A DNA stretch of 64,000 nucleotides from contig CBDASK010000003.1 of assembly GCA_965199495.1 (NCBI GenBank), positions 2,656,001 through 2,720,000 on the forward strand, in the 5' to 3' direction. The DNA is from Abditibacterium sp. GTDB taxonomy: Bacteria; Armatimonadota; Abditibacteriia; Abditibacteriales; Abditibacteriaceae. The position numbers and the translations under genes were made by a program. This document shows positions 48,383 through 57,666 of the stretch, piece after piece (position 1 is the first letter of the stretch; the number at the start of each line of letters is the position of its first letter). The notes under the pieces were generated by a model. It saw only the letters and a program-made list of their open reading frames with translations, did no database searches and had not been told where the DNA came from.

Positions 48383-50842
48383 TTACTCGATAAAGTCGCG
48401 CAGTGCCAGTCCCAGCGCCACCGCACACAGCGGCGCGTTGGTCGGAACAAATTCTGTTGGCAATCCCGGCGCGTTGACTTTGATGTTATTGAATGGGTTG
48501 CCCACGCTGGCGGGCACGCCCAGATTGTTCGCCAAAAACTCGTCCAGATTGCGCAACTTGGCGCCGCCGCCGACCAACACCAAACGCGAGAACGTGGTGT
48601 CGGGGTAGCGTCCCAAATGGAATTCCAGCGAGCGCCGCACTTCGGTCGCCAAATCGTCCAAAACCGGCTGCATCGCCGCATAAAGCGTGGCGTCGTCGGT
48701 TTCGCTGGTCTGGCTCAGGCCAGCGCCAAACGTCGAGAAATCTTCGCTTCCGCTCGCTGTGGCATTAAGCGCGCCCATATCGAAGTCGTCCGCGCTGGCG
48801 TCACCGCCGAACATATTGGCATCGAAACCACCATCGTCCGCCGTGGCTGCAACAGCAGCCACGGCGGGTTCGCCCGCCGCGACGGGCGCGCCAAACATAT
48901 CGTTCACGTCGAAGGCCGCATCATCGGCATTCACATCGTCGGCCAGAGGTTCGCCCACGGCTGCGACATCCGCGCCTTTGTCCAACGAAACCACCGGTTC
49001 GAGCGTCGGTTCGATGATAATAGCTTCGTCGGCAATGGGTTCCTCGTCTGTGATCGCGGGTTCATCAATCGTCTTTTCAAAGCTCAACGGCGCCGCGACT
49101 TGCGGGGTATCTTCCAGAGATTCCGCCGCTAAAGGCTCGGTCGCTGGAGCTTGTTCCGCCAAAGTATTATCGCTGAAACCGAAACTAAACGCCGCAGGCG
49201 CGGGCGTCGCCGGAACTGCTGGGGTTGGAACTGCCGAAATTGGTGCTGGTGCCAAAGCATCCGTGTCGTCGGAGAGTTTTTGCGTGGGCGCTGTAATTTC
49301 CGTCTCCGTGGCGCCTGAACCGACTTTCGCCGGGGCTTTGACAGTGGGCAAATCGAAATCGGAAAAGTCGAAGGCCGAAGGAATCGCGGGCGTCGCGGGC
49401 GTCGCGGGTGCAATGGGCGTCGCGGGCGTCGCGGGCGTCGCGGGTGCAATGGGCGTGGCTTCGATTGGTTGTGTGCTGGCGCTTGCGGCGCTTGCGACGG
49501 TTGCGTCCATCGCGGGCAGAAACGTATCGTCTAAATCGAAGTTGTCTGTGCTCGGCGGCGCGGCTTCGGCGCTGGGCGCCGGAATCGGTGGCGGCGGCGA
49601 GGCGGGCGTCACGTCCTGTTTGGCAATCGAGGGCGAAAGGTCGTCGTCCATGCTGTCGAACGAAAAGTTGATGCCCGATGGTTGGTCGGCTTCGTCGTCC
49701 TCTTTCTGGCCGTGACCGGCTCCCGGCTCCGACTGCTGCGGCCCCTGATCGAAAAAGTCCAAATCAAACGGATCGTCCGAACCCGCCGTTGCCGCGCTCG
49801 TGTCGGTCGCCGTGGCTGTTGTCGCGGGCGCGGTTGTGGTGGCGGTATCGGCGCCGAAGTCGTCGGCGCCAAAATCCATATCCGGCGAAAAATCGGCGGC
49901 CCCGCCACCGAAATCGCCAAAGTCGCCGAAATCATCACCCGCGCCCGCGCCGTAACCGGTGGGCGGCAACGCATCACCGCGTTCGATTTTGAGGCGCTCG
50001 GCGTCCGCAGTCGGAATGCCCATGCTTTGGGCGATGGCCTGCGTCAGGGCGCCGCCGCCGTTGGGCACGCTGCGCGTGAAGACCACGATGTCGCCGCGCA
50101 AAATCGAAATTTCGGTGCTGGTCTGGCCGATGTTCAAAACAGCCGTCACATCGTCGTAATCAATGATTGGGTTTTGCGCGCGCAGTTCGAGCTGCATCGT
50201 GCGCGCCAACGCGAGCGGTTCGACATCAATGGCGCGCGGCGTTAATTTGGCTTTTTGCACGACGGCGATATGCAAATCAATGATTTCGCGTTGCGCCGCC
50301 GCCAGCAAAACTTCCATGTTGGCCGCATCCGGGTCGGATGGCAAATCGCGGAGCGCCCTGAAATCCATCACGACTTCTGAAGGTGGAAACGGGATATAAC
50401 GGTCGGCGTCCACGCGCATGTTGTCGGCGAGTTCGCCGTCGGTCATTTTGGGCACTTCGATGACGCGCACGACTAAGGAACCGCTACCGGCGACCGAAAA
50501 AATCGTCGCTTTACTGCTCAAACCGGCCTGTTTCCACATGGTGCGGATGGCGTTGGAAAGAGCGGTCACGCTCAAAACGTTGCCGTTGGCATAGCTTTCG
50601 GGCGGCGTGGCGATAACGCCCATGCCGGTCACCGTGAGTTGGCCGCCTTTGGAGGTCACTTCGACGGCTTTGATAAAGGCGTTGCCGATGTTGAGACCGA
50701 CGACGGTGCCACTGGTGGAAACAGTGGATTTCACCGGTTTATTCGCTTTAACTTTGCGCGCCTTGACAGCCACTGGGGCTGCTGCGGGCGCGGCGTTAGC
50801 TGGGGCGGAAGTATCCGCGTTCTTTTTGCCGAAAAGAGCCAT
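48383..50842 (-). CDS. pilM: Type IV pilus assembly protein PilM with an acidic low-complexity insertion of about 420 aa
   Basis: VGLNIGNAFIKAVE, YIPFPPSEVVMDF, IDVEPLAL, EVRRSLEF, LVGGGAKL and AVALGLALR motifs. Confidence 0.92.
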   Translation of the reverse strand: MALFGKKNADTSAPANAAPAAAPVAVKARKVKANKPVKSTVSTSGTVVGLNIGNAFIKAVEVTSKGGQLTVTGMGVIATPPESYANGNVLSVTALSNAIRTMWKQAGLSSKATIFSVAGSGSLVVRVIEVPKMTDGELADNMRVDADRYIPFPPSEVVMDFRALRDLPSDPDAANMEVLLAAAQREIIDLHIAVVQKAKLTPRAIDVEPLALARTMQLELRAQNPIIDYDDVTAVLNIGQTSTEISILRGDIVVFTRSVPNGGGALTQAIAQSMGIPTADAERLKIERGDALPPTGYGAGAGDDFGDFGDFGGGAADFSPDMDFGADDFGADTATTTAPATTATATDTSAATAGSDDPFDLDFFDQGPQQSEPGAGHGQKEDDEADQPSGINFSFDSMDDDLSPSIAKQDVTPASPPPPIPAPSAEAAPPSTDNFDLDDTFLPAMDATVASAASASTQPIEATPIAPATPATPATPIAPATPATPAIPSAFDFSDFDLPTVKAPAKVGSGATETEITAPTQKLSDDTDALAPAPISAVPTPAVPATPAPAAFSFGFSDNTLAEQAPATEPLAAESLEDTPQVAAPLSFEKTIDEPAITDEEPIADEAIIIEPTLEPVVSLDKGADVAAVGEPLADDVNADDAAFDVNDMFGAPVAAGEPAVAAVAATADDGGFDANMFGGDASADDFDMGALNATASGSEDFSTFGAGLSQTSETDDATLYAAMQPVLDDLATEVRRSLEFHLGRYPDTTFSRLVLVGGGAKLRNLDEFLANNLGVPASVGNPFNNIKVNAPGLPTEFVPTNAPLCAVALGLALRDFIE

Positions 50843-51016
50843 AAGAGAAATTTTAACCCAAAGCCAATGAGCGCGCGAGGCCCAGACATAAATATCTTTT
50901 TCGTCGCGAGGGTGGCTAATCTATTATGGGTGCCGCGCGATTTCTTGTCAAATCAGCTACACTCGCGCGCCGCTCCCAATAACCTCACCAAAGCGCGGTT
51001 TGCGCACCCTTTTCTC

Positions 51017-51919
51017 GTGACACTTCAAAATTCCTCCGATTCGCCGGGCCGCGTGTGCCGTCTCGGTTTGCCCAAAGGTTCGCTGCAAGAAGCCACGCTG
51101 CGCATGATGCGCCGCGCTGGCTGGTCAATTTCAGTTTCCAGCCGCTCCTATTTTCCCGCCGTCAACGACGCCGAACTCGAAATCGTCTTATTACGCGCCC
51201 AAGAAATCCCGCGCTACGTCGCCGATGGCGTGTTAGATGCGGGCATCACCGGCCACGACAACGTGTTAGAAAACGACGTGGACGTTCACGAAATCTGTGA
51301 ATTGATTTATTCCAAAGCGACTTCGCGTCCCTATCGTTGGGTTTTGGCGGTTCCCAAAGGCTCCGAAATTCGCGGCCCGCAAGATTTGCAGGGCAAGCGC
51401 ATTGCGACCGAACTCGTCAACGTGACGCAGCGTTATCTGGACAAACATGGCGTCAAAGCCGAAGTCGAATTTTCGTGGGGCGCGACCGAAGTCAAAGTGC
51501 CCGCTCTGGTTGACGCCATCGTTGAAGGAACGGAAACCGGTTCGACACTACGCGCGCACAACCTCGAAATCATTGACGAACTGCTGGCTTCAACCACGCG
51601 TTTCATCGCCAATCACGGCGCGTGGGGCGACGAATGGAAGCGCCAAAAATTGAGCGCAATGGCGACGCTGCTGCAAGGCGCGATGGAAGCCGAGGGCAAA
51701 GTCGGCCTGAAAATGAACGTGCCGCGCGCCGGTTTAGACGCCGTGGCTGCGTTGTTGCCCTCAATGCGTTCGCCGACAATTACGCCGCTCGCCGACGAAG
51801 ATTGGGTCGCTCTGGAAGTTGTGGCCGACGAAGGTCTGGTGCGCGAGATTATTCCCGGTTTGCTCGACGCGGGCGCCACGGGCATCATCGAATATCCGTT
51901 GAACAAAGTGATCGCGTGA
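51017..51919 (+). CDS. hisG: ATP phosphoribosyltransferase (long form)
   Basis: LGLPKGSL, RAQEIP, SWGATE and ETGSTLRAHNL motifs; C-terminal regulatory domain; GTG start inferred. Confidence 0.95.
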   Translation: MTLQNSSDSPGRVCRLGLPKGSLQEATLRMMRRAGWSISVSSRSYFPAVNDAELEIVLLRAQEIPRYVADGVLDAGITGHDNVLENDVDVHEICELIYSKATSRPYRWVLAVPKGSEIRGPQDLQGKRIATELVNVTQRYLDKHGVKAEVEFSWGATEVKVPALVDAIVEGTETGSTLRAHNLEIIDELLASTTRFIANHGAWGDEWKRQKLSAMATLLQGAMEAEGKVGLKMNVPRAGLDAVAALLPSMRSPTITPLADEDWVALEVVADEGLVREIIPGLLDAGATGIIEYPLNKVIA

Positions 51920-51924
51920 ATTTC

Positions 51925-52054
51925 GTGCCAGCGAATAAATTCGCGGCTGGGAGGCGTTCCGCCGGGCGTCCCCCTGCGGGGACGCGATTGCATCTTGTCC
52001 GCGAAGGCGGACTTCCGGCTTTAGCCTCCCAGCCGCGAATTTATTCGCTGGCAC
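51925..52054. repeat. Composite palindromic element (family F) between convergent genes
   Basis: Perfect 31-bp arms 51925-51955 and 52024-52054 enclosing the hairpins GTCCCCCTGCGGGGAC and GTCCGCGAAGGCGGAC. Confidence 0.92.
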
Positions 52055-52063
52055 CGAAATCCG

Positions 52064-54190
52064 TTATCCGCCGTCCGAAATCGGCAAACTCATTTCGACG
52101 CGCGTGCCGCCGCTCGCCGGATGTTCAATCGCCAGATTGCCGCCAGCCACCGCCAGTAGCGCCGCGTGCAGACTGAGGCCACTGCCGCTACCGCCGCTAT
52201 TTTCGGTTTGGATTTGCGCGGCTCCCACGCCATCGTCGGCGATCCAAATTTTGAGGCCATTTTCGCAATTGGCCCCGACTTCGAGATTGAGCGCGCGCGC
52301 GACATCGGCGCCGCGTCCGTGGCGGGCGGCGTTGCGAATCGCTTCGCGTGCGGCGAAGTAAAACGTCGAAGCCAAAAATTGCGGCAACGCTTCGCTGGCG
52401 ACTTCGGCATCAGGCGCGATTTGCCACGTCACCCCGTCGAACTGGCCGCTCAGTACGCTTTCAATTTCGTGTTGCAACGCCTCGAAAAACGCGCGCTTTT
52501 CGAGCGGCAAGGGCGCGGGCAGTTCGCGCAATAAATCCGAAATGCCTTTGTGCGCGGCGGTAATTTTTTCGGCTGCCTCGTCGGGAAATAATAGCGCCGC
52601 GTGCAAGAGCGGCAAAATATCGTCGTGCAAGCTGCGGCGCGCGCCGCGATCTAACGTCACGACATGCGCGACTTTCTGGCGTTGCAGCGCGACTAATCGG
52701 GCAGCCAACGTCGCTCCGGCGCCCGAATCCAACAGATGTTCGCCCGCCGCGCGCGCGATTTCGATTTCTTCGAGCGTATACAATCCGCCGTCGCGGCGCG
52801 GCCCCAACAACAGCGCGCCGATGCCGCCGCCCTCACCCAGCGGCACCAGATAATCCATGCCGCAACCTTCGGGCAACGACTGAACTTCGCTCGAATTGGA
52901 ATGGCGCGCCGCCAGTTCGAGCCAGGCAGCCACGGCGGGCATGGCGGCGGGATAAAAGCGTGGCGCGCCAAAGAGGGGCGCGATTTCGCCGCGCGCGACC
53001 AACATCGCGCGCCCGGCGTTGAGAACGTCTTCGCACAAAGCGCGAAACGGTTCGTCAATCGCGGCGCGCAAGCGCGATTCGTCGCCTTCCAACAGTCCGC
53101 CCAGCAGATGACCCGACGCCACAAACGGCGCCAGATTCGCCGTGGCGCGCGCGCGGTCGGTGTAGGCGCGATGCGAAAATAACGCCAGAATAATTCCCAG
53201 CAAACAGGTCGAAAGTAAAAGCGGATAAATGCCCGCCACATCGAATCCGAGCGAAACCGCAATGAGTGCCGAATAGATCGCCGCCAGCAAAACGACGGCG
53301 CGCCATTGTCGCCAAAACCCGCGTCGCGGCAAAACTTTGCCGGTGAAAATCTCGAACGAAACCACGGCTTTGCCCAACAACATCACGGCGAGCGAAATGC
53401 CCGCGCAAAGGGCGAAATCGGTCGCGTTGAGCCACTGCGCGAGGGCACCCGCGACGTTGTAAAGCGCCGTCGTGCTGGCGGCGGGATTGTATAAATCGGA
53501 GCGATTGCCCGCCACCGCGAAATAAACCAGCGCGCTCGCGACGGCGCACGAAACGCCGAACTGCACAATCGAACTGCCCAACAAAAAAGGCCGCGCCCGC
53601 TTTTGCGAGGCTTCGCGGCTCCAACTCGCCGGAGGCATCGGGCGAAGTAGCGCCAGCAACGCGGTTCCGGTGCAGGTGAGCAAAAAAAGCGGGTAGAGCC
53701 ACAACAACAATCGCAGCGACAGAAATTGCGTGATGTTGTTCGGCTCGGCGTAAGTAAACGGCGAGGCGCCAAAGCGCGGCAAGCCGATCCACACGATGAC
53801 CAACTGGCAGAAAACTAAAGCCGTGGCGAACGCGAAAAGCCAGCGCGTGCGGCGGCGAAGCGGCGAGTGAGCTTCGTCCCAGTAGCCGCAATACCACAGC
53901 ATTAAAACCATCCAACCAAACGGCAACGCGCCGACGGGCGCCGACAGAATTAGCCACCAAATCGGCGAGTTTTCCAGCAAAGTATCGAGCGAATAATTGA
54001 GCGCCGCCGTGTGCAACAAAAAGAAAATCGCGCCGACCAAAAAACCGCTGCCCGCCAGATAAGTGCCCCAGTTGCGCTCCTGCGCGTTGAGCAAAATCGT
54101 CAGGCCGAGCCACAAAAGTAAGACGAGATTAAACAGCGAAACGGCATACATCGCCCACGGCAGCAGCCAATCTTGGAAAAGGTTGAGCAT
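52064..54190 (-). CDS. Multi-TM sensor histidine kinase (NarX/DesK-type core)
   Basis: About 10 TM segments; LHDDILP H-box, EAIRNAARHG N-box, DDGVG and GSGLSL. Confidence 0.88.
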   Translation of the reverse strand: MLNLFQDWLLPWAMYAVSLFNLVLLLWLGLTILLNAQERNWGTYLAGSGFLVGAIFFLLHTAALNYSLDTLLENSPIWWLILSAPVGALPFGWMVLMLWYCGYWDEAHSPLRRRTRWLFAFATALVFCQLVIVWIGLPRFGASPFTYAEPNNITQFLSLRLLLWLYPLFLLTCTGTALLALLRPMPPASWSREASQKRARPFLLGSSIVQFGVSCAVASALVYFAVAGNRSDLYNPAASTTALYNVAGALAQWLNATDFALCAGISLAVMLLGKAVVSFEIFTGKVLPRRGFWRQWRAVVLLAAIYSALIAVSLGFDVAGIYPLLLSTCLLGIILALFSHRAYTDRARATANLAPFVASGHLLGGLLEGDESRLRAAIDEPFRALCEDVLNAGRAMLVARGEIAPLFGAPRFYPAAMPAVAAWLELAARHSNSSEVQSLPEGCGMDYLVPLGEGGGIGALLLGPRRDGGLYTLEEIEIARAAGEHLLDSGAGATLAARLVALQRQKVAHVVTLDRGARRSLHDDILPLLHAALLFPDEAAEKITAAHKGISDLLRELPAPLPLEKRAFFEALQHEIESVLSGQFDGVTWQIAPDAEVASEALPQFLASTFYFAAREAIRNAARHGRGADVARALNLEVGANCENGLKIWIADDGVGAAQIQTENSGGSGSGLSLHAALLAVAGGNLAIEHPASGGTRVEMSLPISDGG

Positions 54191-54202
54191 GGTTTGAGAT
54201 TA

Positions 54203-54390
54203 GAAGCAAGCGCGTAGGTTTTTCCCTCACCCCAGCCCTCTCCCGGAGGGAGAAGGAGCTACCTACTCGAAATTCATACCCGCTTGAACTTACTTTTAAG
54301 CCAGTTGAGCAAAGTAGAGTTTGCTCGAACGTAGCTCCTTCTCCCTCCGGGAGAGGGCTGGGGTGAGGGAAAAACCTACGCGCTTGCTTC
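54203..54390. repeat. Intergenic inverted repeat, family B, copy 2
   Basis: Perfect 60-bp arms 54203-54262 and 54331-54390. Confidence 0.97.
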
Positions 54391-54397
54391 CGACTAT

Positions 54398-55135
54398 TCA
54401 CTCCCAAACCTCCCATTTCCCGCTTTCGCTCTGCACCCTCGCCACGCCGTCGTTGTCCCATTCGATGAAACGGTTTTCGCGATAAATCAAAGCCGCCCGC
54501 AGCCTTGCGACTTTCTCGTCGGTCGCCGAATCGTTGAGGCTCCAACTGGTGTAAATCTGGCCGTTGACCCGCGAAATCGTGCGCTTGTCGCGAAAGCCCA
54601 TGCGCGTGGCGATTTGCTCGTTTGTGAGGCCCGCCGCCAGCATTTTGGCGACGGCGAGTTCGTTGGGTTCGAGCAGCGACATCGGCGAGTCTTCGTCGCG
54701 GCGCGCGACTTCGTGAACGCGCGATTCAATGTCGGGGTCAATGAAACTGCGACCAGAAACCGCGTCTTTGAGCAAGGGCACGATCATCGAAGGCAACAGA
54801 AAATTCGATTTGCGCACGTAGGCGTAATGCGACAAAATGCCCGAACGCCGGAAGTCGCGGTAATAACTATCGTCGTCTTGAATCGAATAAAAAACCAAAG
54901 GCAAACGCGGGAACTCGCGGCGCAGAGCCACGGCGGCTTCGATGCCGTTCCATTTGCCTTCGAGTTGCACGTCCATCAACACGCAATCGGGCCGCCCGCT
55001 TTCCAAAGCGATTTGCAGCGCCAATTCGCCCGACGCGCTTTGGCCGCAGACGCAGATTTCGCCCGTCGCCTCTAATCCCTGCGCGAGCGCCGGGCGCAGT
55101 TTGGCGTTGTCCTCGACCAATAACATTTGTAGCAT
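54398..55135 (-). CDS. NarL/LuxR-type response regulator
   Basis: LLVEDN and VLMDVQL receiver motifs; LAAGLTNEQIATRMG HTH; ATG at 55135. Confidence 0.9.
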   Translation of the reverse strand: MLQMLLVEDNAKLRPALAQGLEATGEICVCGQSASGELALQIALESGRPDCVLMDVQLEGKWNGIEAAVALRREFPRLPLVFYSIQDDDSYYRDFRRSGILSHYAYVRKSNFLLPSMIVPLLKDAVSGRSFIDPDIESRVHEVARRDEDSPMSLLEPNELAVAKMLAAGLTNEQIATRMGFRDKRTISRVNGQIYTSWSLNDSATDEKVARLRAALIYRENRFIEWDNDGVARVQSESGKWEVWE

Positions 55136-55309
55136 GATGCAACGCAGTTTGCGGGTTTGACCCTCAACAAACAAGCGTTTCAAACCTTCGCTGGCGCGCA
55201 CTCAGGTGCGTTGAAATTGGCGTTTGAGGCGTTGGACGTGGCTGGTCTGTGGGCGAAAATCTTTTGCGTTAAGGGACGATTTGTCCCCTGAGAAAAGGAG
55301 AAATTCAAC

Positions 55310-56164
55310 ATGACACAAGCCATTGGAACTGCTTTCAAAGACCTCGACCGACTTTTGCGCGGCGAGGCGACGCGACTGGGCGCGCTCAAGAGCGGGCATA
55401 TCGAAATTGATCAGACCAAACTGCCGTGGATTATCATCGGCATGGGCGTTTTGTATGGCGCCTGCATGGGCAGTTTCGCCCTCGCCAACACGCCCGATAA
55501 AACCATCGCGTTGCTGCAAACTTTGTCTTCGATGGGCAAAGTGCCGATTTTGTTTTTCGCGACCTTACTCGTCACGTTTCCCTCGCTCTACGTTTTCAAC
55601 GCGCTCGTCGGCTCGCGCTTAACCTTAGTTTCGGTGTGGCGCCTGTTGATTTCGGCTCTGGCCGTGATGATGACGATTTTATCGAGCCTTGGCCCAATCG
55701 TCGCGTTCTTCTCGATTTCGACGACCAACTATCCGTTCATGCTGCTGCTCAACGTGGTTGTCTTCGGATTATCGGGCTTTCTGGGCCTCAAATTTCTGCT
55801 CGGCACGCTGCAACGCCTGACAGTTGTGCTTTACGAAAAGCCGGACGCGCCCGCCGTGGCTGCATCGGACGCGGCAACAGCCCAGCAAGCCGAACTCGAC
55901 GAAGTGTTGACTTTATTCGCCGAAGACGACGTGAAACAGGGCGCCTTGGATCGCGTCGAGGCGCGCGCGATGGCGGCCAATGTCAAACAGGTTTTCGGAT
56001 TGTGGATGATCGCGTTTGGCTTAGTCGGTTCGCAAATGGCGTGGGTTTTGAGGCCGTTCATTTCCGATCCGCAACGCACCGAATTCGTGCTGTTCGCCCA
56101 ACGCGAATCGAATTTCTTCGCGGCGGTTATCCAAACGCTTTTCCGCGCGGTTGGCTTGGGCTGA
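55310..56164 (+). CDS. Multi-pass membrane protein (WxLRPFI family), paralog 1
   Basis: YGACMGS, KVPILF, FPSLY and QMAWVLRPFI; GGAG Shine-Dalgarno. Confidence 0.8.
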   Translation: MTQAIGTAFKDLDRLLRGEATRLGALKSGHIEIDQTKLPWIIIGMGVLYGACMGSFALANTPDKTIALLQTLSSMGKVPILFFATLLVTFPSLYVFNALVGSRLTLVSVWRLLISALAVMMTILSSLGPIVAFFSISTTNYPFMLLLNVVVFGLSGFLGLKFLLGTLQRLTVVLYEKPDAPAVAASDAATAQQAELDEVLTLFAEDDVKQGALDRVEARAMAANVKQVFGLWMIAFGLVGSQMAWVLRPFISDPQRTEFVLFAQRESNFFAAVIQTLFRAVGLG

Positions 56165-56175
56165 AATCCGCCATA

Positions 56176-56321
56176 TGTCATTTCGAGCGAGGAACGAGCC
56201 GAGAAATCTTTTGCTCGCGCGGCAGCGCAAGTTAAAGCCATTCTTACTTTCAGGCTCTCTCATGATTTCCGATGGCGCGGGGCCGCAAGATTTCTCGGTT
56301 CGTGCCTCACTCGAAATGACA
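56176..56321. repeat. Family D element, copy 2
   Basis: TGTCATTTCGAGCGAGG...GAGAAATCTT / AAGATTTCTCGG...CTCGAAATGACA with a conserved interior. Confidence 0.92.
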
Positions 56322-56356
56322 ACGCTCGCCCATATCCGCTATCCGAAAACACTCCC

Positions 56357-57010
56357 ATGACACTCACAATCACTCGCGCCGATGGCGCTCTGCGCGCGTT
56401 ATTGCGGCCCGATGCGCCCGCGATGGCGCTGCCCAAACTCGCGATTCTGGTGGCGCTGTGCGGCGCGATTCAAGGCGCGATCATGGGCAGTTACGCGCTG
56501 TTCAACGGCGGCTCGCCGTTATTTATGGTGTGGGCGATGTTCAAAGTTCCGCTGTTTCTGGGCATCGCCGCCGCTTTGTGTTTTCCGGCGCTACGCGTGT
56601 TGTATTATCTCGTCGGCCTGAGCGACGAGTTCGCGCCGATGATTCGCGCGCTGACGGCGGCGCAAGCGGCATTCGCAGCGATTTTGGCGGCGATGGCACC
56701 GTTTGTTTTAGTTTTCTACGCGTCGGGTTTGTCCTATCGCGGGGCGCTGATGCTCAATTTGGCGGTGTTCGCCCTCGCCGGAATCGCCGCCCAAAACGTG
56801 GCGCGCGGACGTTTGCAAGCGTTGCTCGCGCGCGAATCGCGGCACCTCAAATTATGGGCGCTTGGTTTTGGAGTTTGGGCGTTTGTCGCGGTTCAACTCG
56901 CGTGGAATTTGCGCCCATTCATCGGCTCGCCCGAAGCGAGCGTTCAGTTTTTGCGGCCCGACGCGTTTTCCAACGTTTATCTGGCGTTATGGAAAATTTT
57001 GGCGGGCTGA
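56357..57010 (+). CDS. Multi-pass membrane protein (WxLRPFI family), paralog 2
   Basis: QGAIMGS, KVPLFL, FPAL and QLAWNLRPFI. Confidence 0.8.
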   Translation: MTLTITRADGALRALLRPDAPAMALPKLAILVALCGAIQGAIMGSYALFNGGSPLFMVWAMFKVPLFLGIAAALCFPALRVLYYLVGLSDEFAPMIRALTAAQAAFAAILAAMAPFVLVFYASGLSYRGALMLNLAVFALAGIAAQNVARGRLQALLARESRHLKLWALGFGVWAFVAVQLAWNLRPFIGSPEASVQFLRPDAFSNVYLALWKILAG

Positions 57011-57028
57011 TATTCTGCAAATCAAACG

Positions 57029-57065
57029 AAAACGGGCGCCGTCACAATGACAGCGCCCGTTTTTG
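57029..57065. terminator. Bidirectional terminator
   Basis: AAAACGGGCGCCGTCA-CAA-TGACAGCGCCCGTTTTT between convergent genes. Confidence 0.8.
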
Positions 57066-57082
57066 CTATCGCAGTGGATGTA

Positions 57083-57640
57083 TCAGCCACGCCCGCGACC
57101 CATCCAATTATTGCCCTGCGCTGGCCCATCGCCATAGACGCCCATCAGCGTCAGATACGCTTCGAGGCGCGGGTTTTTGAGCAAATCTACGCTTTCGCCC
57201 AGTTTCTTTTGCGCGGCTTTGCGGCGCGTGCGGTTGTCCTCGATGGCGACGTTGTAATCGTTCAATAAAACCGCGACTTGCTGATCGGTGACGGCTGGGG
57301 TGCGCAGTGCCGTGGTGAGCGCGCGACTGCTGGTTTGCAGTTTGTCGGCGGCTTCGGTTTCGCCCTGAATGTAATCCATCACGGTGGTTTGCTGATCTTT
57401 GTCGGTGATGCCAAGGCCCTCCAGTTGACGCGTCATCACGCGCTGGCGCATCTGTTCGCGCTGGGCGGCACGTTGCTCTGGCGTCGGGCGCACGCCCACC
57501 GGATGATTGATCGGATTCTGAGCTTTGGGCGCGTTGTTCGGATCGGGTTGCGCGCGGGCAACGAGCGGCGCGCAGAGCGCCAACGCGAACGTTAAAGCCG
57601 CGAGGCCACGGGGAGAACCGAGAGTTTTGAAGGGCTTCAT
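57083..57640 (-). CDS. Exported helical protein, paralog of 57667-58593
   Basis: Signal peptide (ARA-Q); LGITD...LLNDY...PRLEAYLTLMGVYGDG; ATG at 57640. Confidence 0.75.
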   Translation of the reverse strand: MKPFKTLGSPRGLAALTFALALCAPLVARAQPDPNNAPKAQNPINHPVGVRPTPEQRAAQREQMRQRVMTRQLEGLGITDKDQQTTVMDYIQGETEAADKLQTSSRALTTALRTPAVTDQQVAVLLNDYNVAIEDNRTRRKAAQKKLGESVDLLKNPRLEAYLTLMGVYGDGPAQGNNWMGRGRG

Positions 57641-57666
57641 AACGAAATACCAACGATTAGGGGCTT

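Noticed and set aside
50639..51016. Apparent N-terminal extension of HisG
   Set aside because: It overlaps pilM antisense and the divergent promoter region; homology starts near 51017.
51925..52054. Multi-hairpin element considered as a tRNA or riboswitch
   Set aside because: There is no cloverleaf or T-loop consensus; it lies between convergent 3' ends and has perfect terminal arms typical of a REP-like repeat.
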